A stretch of 61,347 bases of DNA, the filler included. It is 14 parts of 14 records of this genome, joined end to end, with 100 filler letters (N's around TTAATTAATTAA, not from the genome) between each part and the next. Parts side by side here need not be neighbours in the genome. Positions count along the whole stretch, not along the records: positions 54,630 to 57,675 come from SRR7504441_108144; positions 57,776 to 61,347 come from SRR7504441_108187; 12 more parts are not named here. The stretch is one strand, 5' to 3'. This document shows, in pieces, positions 57,226-61,347 of the stretch. The position numbers and the translations under genes are program-made. The first letter of the stretch is position 1. Each line of letters opens with the position of its first letter. A model generated the notes under the pieces. It did no database searches, was not told where the DNA came from, and was given only the letters and a program-made list of their open reading frames with translations.

Positions 57226-58059
57226 CGATTGCATGAAGATCCGCTGTCAAGACTTCAATTAGATCAAAATATATATTTACTCGAAGCTCTACAATGATAG
57301 AAAAGGAACTTGCTACCAAGTTGCTAGTACATTAAATAAAATCATAGCGACAATCAATCAAGTTCTGTATTGCATCTTATGAGGACTTACAGCGCCCTCA
57401 ACTAGGCACTAGCTAGGCCCACTACGTTAGTTAACCCTTTGCGTGGTTTAATTATGGTTTAATCATTATGATCATTGTGATTACTTGCCCAATGGTGCAT
57501 CGTCGTACATGGCATAGGGCCATTTGTACTTCGAGTTTCACGGAGAGCGTCGTGCAATTAATATACCTACTCCAGGGTCTGCATCCAGGGACTGGCAGAG
57601 AGCGCTGACAGAGGGCCAGCAGCAAAGCCAACGACAACGACCACAGTCATGGCCTGCCCGATCAGCAGCGCGTTGNNNNNNNNNNNNNNNNNNNNNNNNN
57701 NNNNNNNNNNNNNNNNNNNTTAATTAATTAANNNNNNNNNNNNNNNNNNNNNNNNNNNNNNNNNNNNNNNNNNNNGGGCACAGTCGGCGCGGTGATTGTG
57801 AGCGCCGCCAATTAGAGGCGGTCATCCTGATCAATCATTACAAGTTAATTACAAGTATGAAGTAGCTGTACGACCGTGTACAACAACAATTGGTCTTGAT
57901 TACATTCACTTTAGCTTCCAGCGGACGATCTGGCAACGGATCGTTCCGTTGGGTCATGGGATTTAGGTCAAGTGTCCTTTGGATTCACACACAGCTGCTG
58001 TTCAGTTCTTTTGACCCTATTATAATTATTATTAAAAATCAAATTCAACCAATTCAACT

Positions 58060-58130
58060 TTGACTATCGACTTTGACTTCAACTCGACTTCGACTCGACT
58101 TCAATTCGAATCGAATCGACTTCGAGCTCG
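58060..58130. repeat. Degenerate TCGAC/TTCGA(C/A) microsatellite-like tract in AT-rich intergenic DNA
   Basis: tgactatcgactttgacttcaactcgacttcgactcgacttcaattcgaatcgaatcgacttcgagctcg. Confidence 0.6.
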
Positions 58131-58425
58131 TTTATTGTTTTGCTGAATACGATTGGGGGCTTAAAACAACTCCCAAACCCTTTGTTTTTTCTTGGCGGAC
58201 CCGGATCCGGGGGATTGGCGCATTCATTAAATGACTTGTGACAATGATCAACATTTAGCAACTAGTTGCGTGATCTTCGCACTCGTGATTCAATCACTTA
58301 TAATAAGTCAGTGGGCTCATGCGATGATACGCGTTGGGCGAGCCGAGCGACTCGCTACGGTGCGATGAGAACGTATTACCCTCCCTGCATTCAGCGACGG
58401 TCAGCGGGCAACGGCCGGCAGTTGG

Positions 58426-61347
58426 TTACATATACGAGTGCGTCTTCACATGCTCATCAACGTCCTTTTGCTTCAGCCCGCATACCTGCGGCCAATCCAC
58501 AAGCGGCCGACTGCCTGATTAAGACCTGGCAGCCCATGGGGCAGTCCACAATCCGGTGCGGGCACGCGATCATGTGGTCAGGCAGCCCAGCCACCGAGAT
58601 CCGCTTGGTCCGACAACCGTAGGGGCACTCGGCCGGCCGCTCGGGACAGCTCTCTTGGTGCTCATCCAGCTGGACCATCCAGTCAGCATCCATCGGCTCG
58701 CTAGCACTCGCCTGGTTAGCTGGGAGCTGCAGCCCGCAATCCCAGTGGCATTGGATGAACCTGTTCGGGCAGTAGCTGGTCACGTGCACCCCGCCTTCTG
58801 CCTCAGCCGCCGGCAGACGGGACCCACAAAGAAACGGGCAGTCGACCAGCCGAAGCGGACACCTACAGCGCGATCAGACTCGCTATAGCTGCAGCGCCGT
58901 GGCTGTTCTGATATGCTATATAATTATGTTGTGGCACTCGTGCAGCTCATGGTGCTCTCTCTTGTCCGGAGAGAGCATTGCGCCGCATCCAAAGTGACCC
59001 AGAATCCGAGCAGGAGGAGGCAGCGTGCCTGCTGGGCCTGAGCTCGCACAGCGCGAGGCGTACCTGGGAAGCGGAGCGCGTCTGGCAGCCGAGTGTTGGG
59101 CGGGAAGCAGCCTTTGTGCAGCAGGTCCGGGTCGGCTCGGCATGGGAGGCATCGGTCTTGCTGGAGCCCTCCTGCAACCACTAATCAACCAAGAGCCCAC
59201 CGTCGGTTTCTTTCATAGGGCACTGTTAGGTTATGCTGTTTAATCCTAGCATGTTGCGCCTGTCTGCGGGTTTCCACAAGGCACGAGCCGGTTCGGGCAG
59301 ACATCCAGCAAGTGCACCTACCACCGGTCCAGCCCAGCATCGCTCCAACAGACCAAATGATCCCGAGCGCGCAGCTCGGCGCCACAGCCCAGATGACAGC
59401 GCTGGAGCCGGTCTGGACAGCCCAGCCCAATGTACCTGCGCTCGATTGAGAGACCCCAGCCAAGGTCAGCCACCGGCCGATTGATGGATGCTTCGTCTCG
59501 GTGATAGGTGGCAGTGCGTCCGTTTGATCCGGGCTGGTGGGCGGGGAGGCACCGAGCTTGCCCGGCCCAGCTTGTGCACAGGCCTGCAGCTGATCAGCAG
59601 TCTCGCTAGGAGTGACAGCAATGCCTCTGGCTGCACGTACTCGGATGGCTGGTACCTACAACCGAGCCTTGAGACAGTACCATCCTGGGGAACGCTACCC
59701 GCCGGCGTAGACATGGGCGTGGAATTGCTTGGCTTTGAGCCCTGGCAGCACGTCAGCATGTACCAAGCACCGAGCTGTGCCTTGGATCCCGCAAGCAAGA
59801 GGGCAGGTGACAACCCGTTCTGAGCAGAGCTGCATCCTAGTCACCGGCCGGTCGCCACTCGCACCCACCATGCAATGCGATTCGAGCAAGCAGATTGCTG
59901 TCAGCTCCGGCTCTGCCACAGACCTGTTGCACCCGTCAGCCCCCGAGTGACCCAGCCCGCGCCTGCACTCTGGCGAGTCCACCCCAACATCGCACGGCAT
60001 GCACTTATCTGGGCAAGCCACAAGCCTAAAACCGTTCATCAACTGTCTGCCTGACAGCCAGCCCTCACCTGTAAGGGCAGTCCTCGAGGTGCGCTCCTAA
60101 CTGATCTGTGTCCACCACAGTAACGCACGCCAGGCGGAGCGCACCGCGCGCTCCGAGCCAGCTGCATCCCGGGTGCAGGGCGCAGCAAGGTTTGCTGTTG
60201 GGGCACGCTGCCTGCTCCGCTGGCCTGAGACGGGGGTTAGCGCGTCGGCGAGCTAGGGCCACTGATGGTAGGGGTGGGTGGCCAGATGCTCCGGCATCTT
60301 GCACAGTTGCACGGCCTCGCCGCATTCACAGACCACCTGCACAGCCTCAGGCCCCATACTGGTGGTATTACAAGATGAGTTACTAGTACTTAGTCATAGT
60401 ATAGTATGACTTGTCACACCTCTCGGTGAGGGCAGAGCTCTGCAGGATGCTCACTCCCATCGCGGGCCCAGTGCCGACCCTCGAGCACCCAGCAGGCTGG
60501 GCACTGGCCGCAGCAATCGAGTCCAGTCAGCTCTGGCAGCTGCCACCGACGCGCCGTCTTATCGTAAGAGCTAGAGTACATCACAGGTCCGCAGGGCTCA
60601 CACCGAGCAGCAAGCCCTCGCAGGCTGCATGCGTGCCCAACCAGTCTGGTGAGCTCGGCCTTGACAGCGGCGGCCCACACCACGATTGAGTCATCCGCCA
60701 TACCGCACAGCAGCTGCCCCCGATCTCAGAAATCAGAGCCCCTCCTAAGTCTCACCAGACTGTGCTCAGGCTCTATCGCCAGCCGCACCACCTGTCAGCG
60801 CTCACTATCAGCCCCTCGGCCCGGCCACCGGCCCGCCGCTCTCAAACCGCCACTGCTGCCCGGAGTCCAGGATGTGAACAGTTACACAGCCAGTTGAGCT
60901 AGCCGCAGCGACCACCCGGGACCCTAGCAACTGCCCAACAGCCAGGCATTTCATCCGCCGGTCTGGAGCCCCGAGCTGCGCCACCGCCCGCCCCGAGCTG
61001 TCACGCAGTTCCAGTAGCCCGCCTGCAAGGCTCGCCGTGCCCTCCTCGTCCCCTGCACCGCTCTTAAGCTCACAGCAACTGACGGGCAGACGTCACCGGC
61101 CAGGGCGGTCAGCCCCAGTATTTCGGCTATCGAGTCGAGCCGCTGTCGGTCCGCGGACAGGCGGAGCAGCTGGCCGTCCCGGAGCGCCAGCCAGCCGCCG
61201 GCGAGCGCCCTAGGTGAGGCGAGGAGCTCGATGGTTTGAATGATCTGCCGCCCAGTCGAGTCGAGTCCGTTGCCGCAACGGAAGACCTGGTGGCTGTCGG
61301 CTTGGTAGAGCATCAGTTGCTTCTGGGTCCCGGCCAGCACCAGCCCG
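58426..61347 (-). CDS. WD40-like plus multiple TRAF-type zinc-finger protein, multi-exon, 5' truncated
   Basis: WD-like RLVGH..MYSSSYDKTARRW. Fingers HLEDCPYR, HELHECHN, CPNRFIQCHWDC, HQESCPERPAECPYGC, HMIACPHRIVDCPMGC. Spliced end CQ|VCGLKQKDVDEHVKTHSYM*. Confidence 0.6.

Noticed and set aside
3355-57775. Regularly recurring TTAATTAATTAA palindrome flanked by N runs, as a possible repeat array or CRISPR
   Set aside because: Identical 100-nt synthetic six-frame-stop spacers joining contigs; not biological. Gene neighbourhoods across them were not interpreted.
60337-60419. Longer AT-rich intron with hairpin agtcata-N6-tatgact, as a possible MITE or snoRNA
   Set aside because: Only a 7-bp stem, with no target-site duplication, no C/D or H/ACA boxes, and no second copy in the window.
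86-61347. Frameshifts and in-frame stops as pseudogenes, recoding or an alternative genetic code
   Set aside because: Every break examined in conserved genes is explained by a short GT-AG or GC-AG intron. TAA, TAG and TGA all act as normal terminators.

Overview
Eukaryotic (protist) nuclear DNA, not prokaryotic. The window is 14 short contigs (about 3-7 kb) joined by 13 artificial 100-nt spacers (44 N + TTAATTAATTAA + 44 N), so adjacency across spacers means nothing. The genome is very compact. It has about 30 genes, often in head-to-head pairs with only 55-165 bp between start codons. Introns are tiny (mostly 37-45 nt) and GC-rich, and unusually many are GC-AG. Recognisable genes include PMS2, RAD21, mitochondrial IF2, TRMO, NAGLU (GH89), an ABCB half-transporter, an SV2-like MFS, OGFOD3-like, PhoD-like, PHB-depolymerase-like, Cdc123/R2K-like, DCX, RCC1, calpain and TRAF-finger proteins. 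Splicing the genes by hand shows three unusual architectures that the ORF track hides. (1) Two TM-dCache-TM sensor modules, the first with a complete amino-acid-binding motif, are fused to a two-pore-channel (TPC)-like 6TM/EF-hand channel; this is a candidate ligand-gated chemosensory channel. (2) A Tudor-knot + AP2 + flavin amine oxidase protein resembles LSD1/KDM1. (3) A very large polytopic membrane protein carries an EF-hand and a DH-PH RhoGEF. All domain calls are by eye from motifs; no searches were run.
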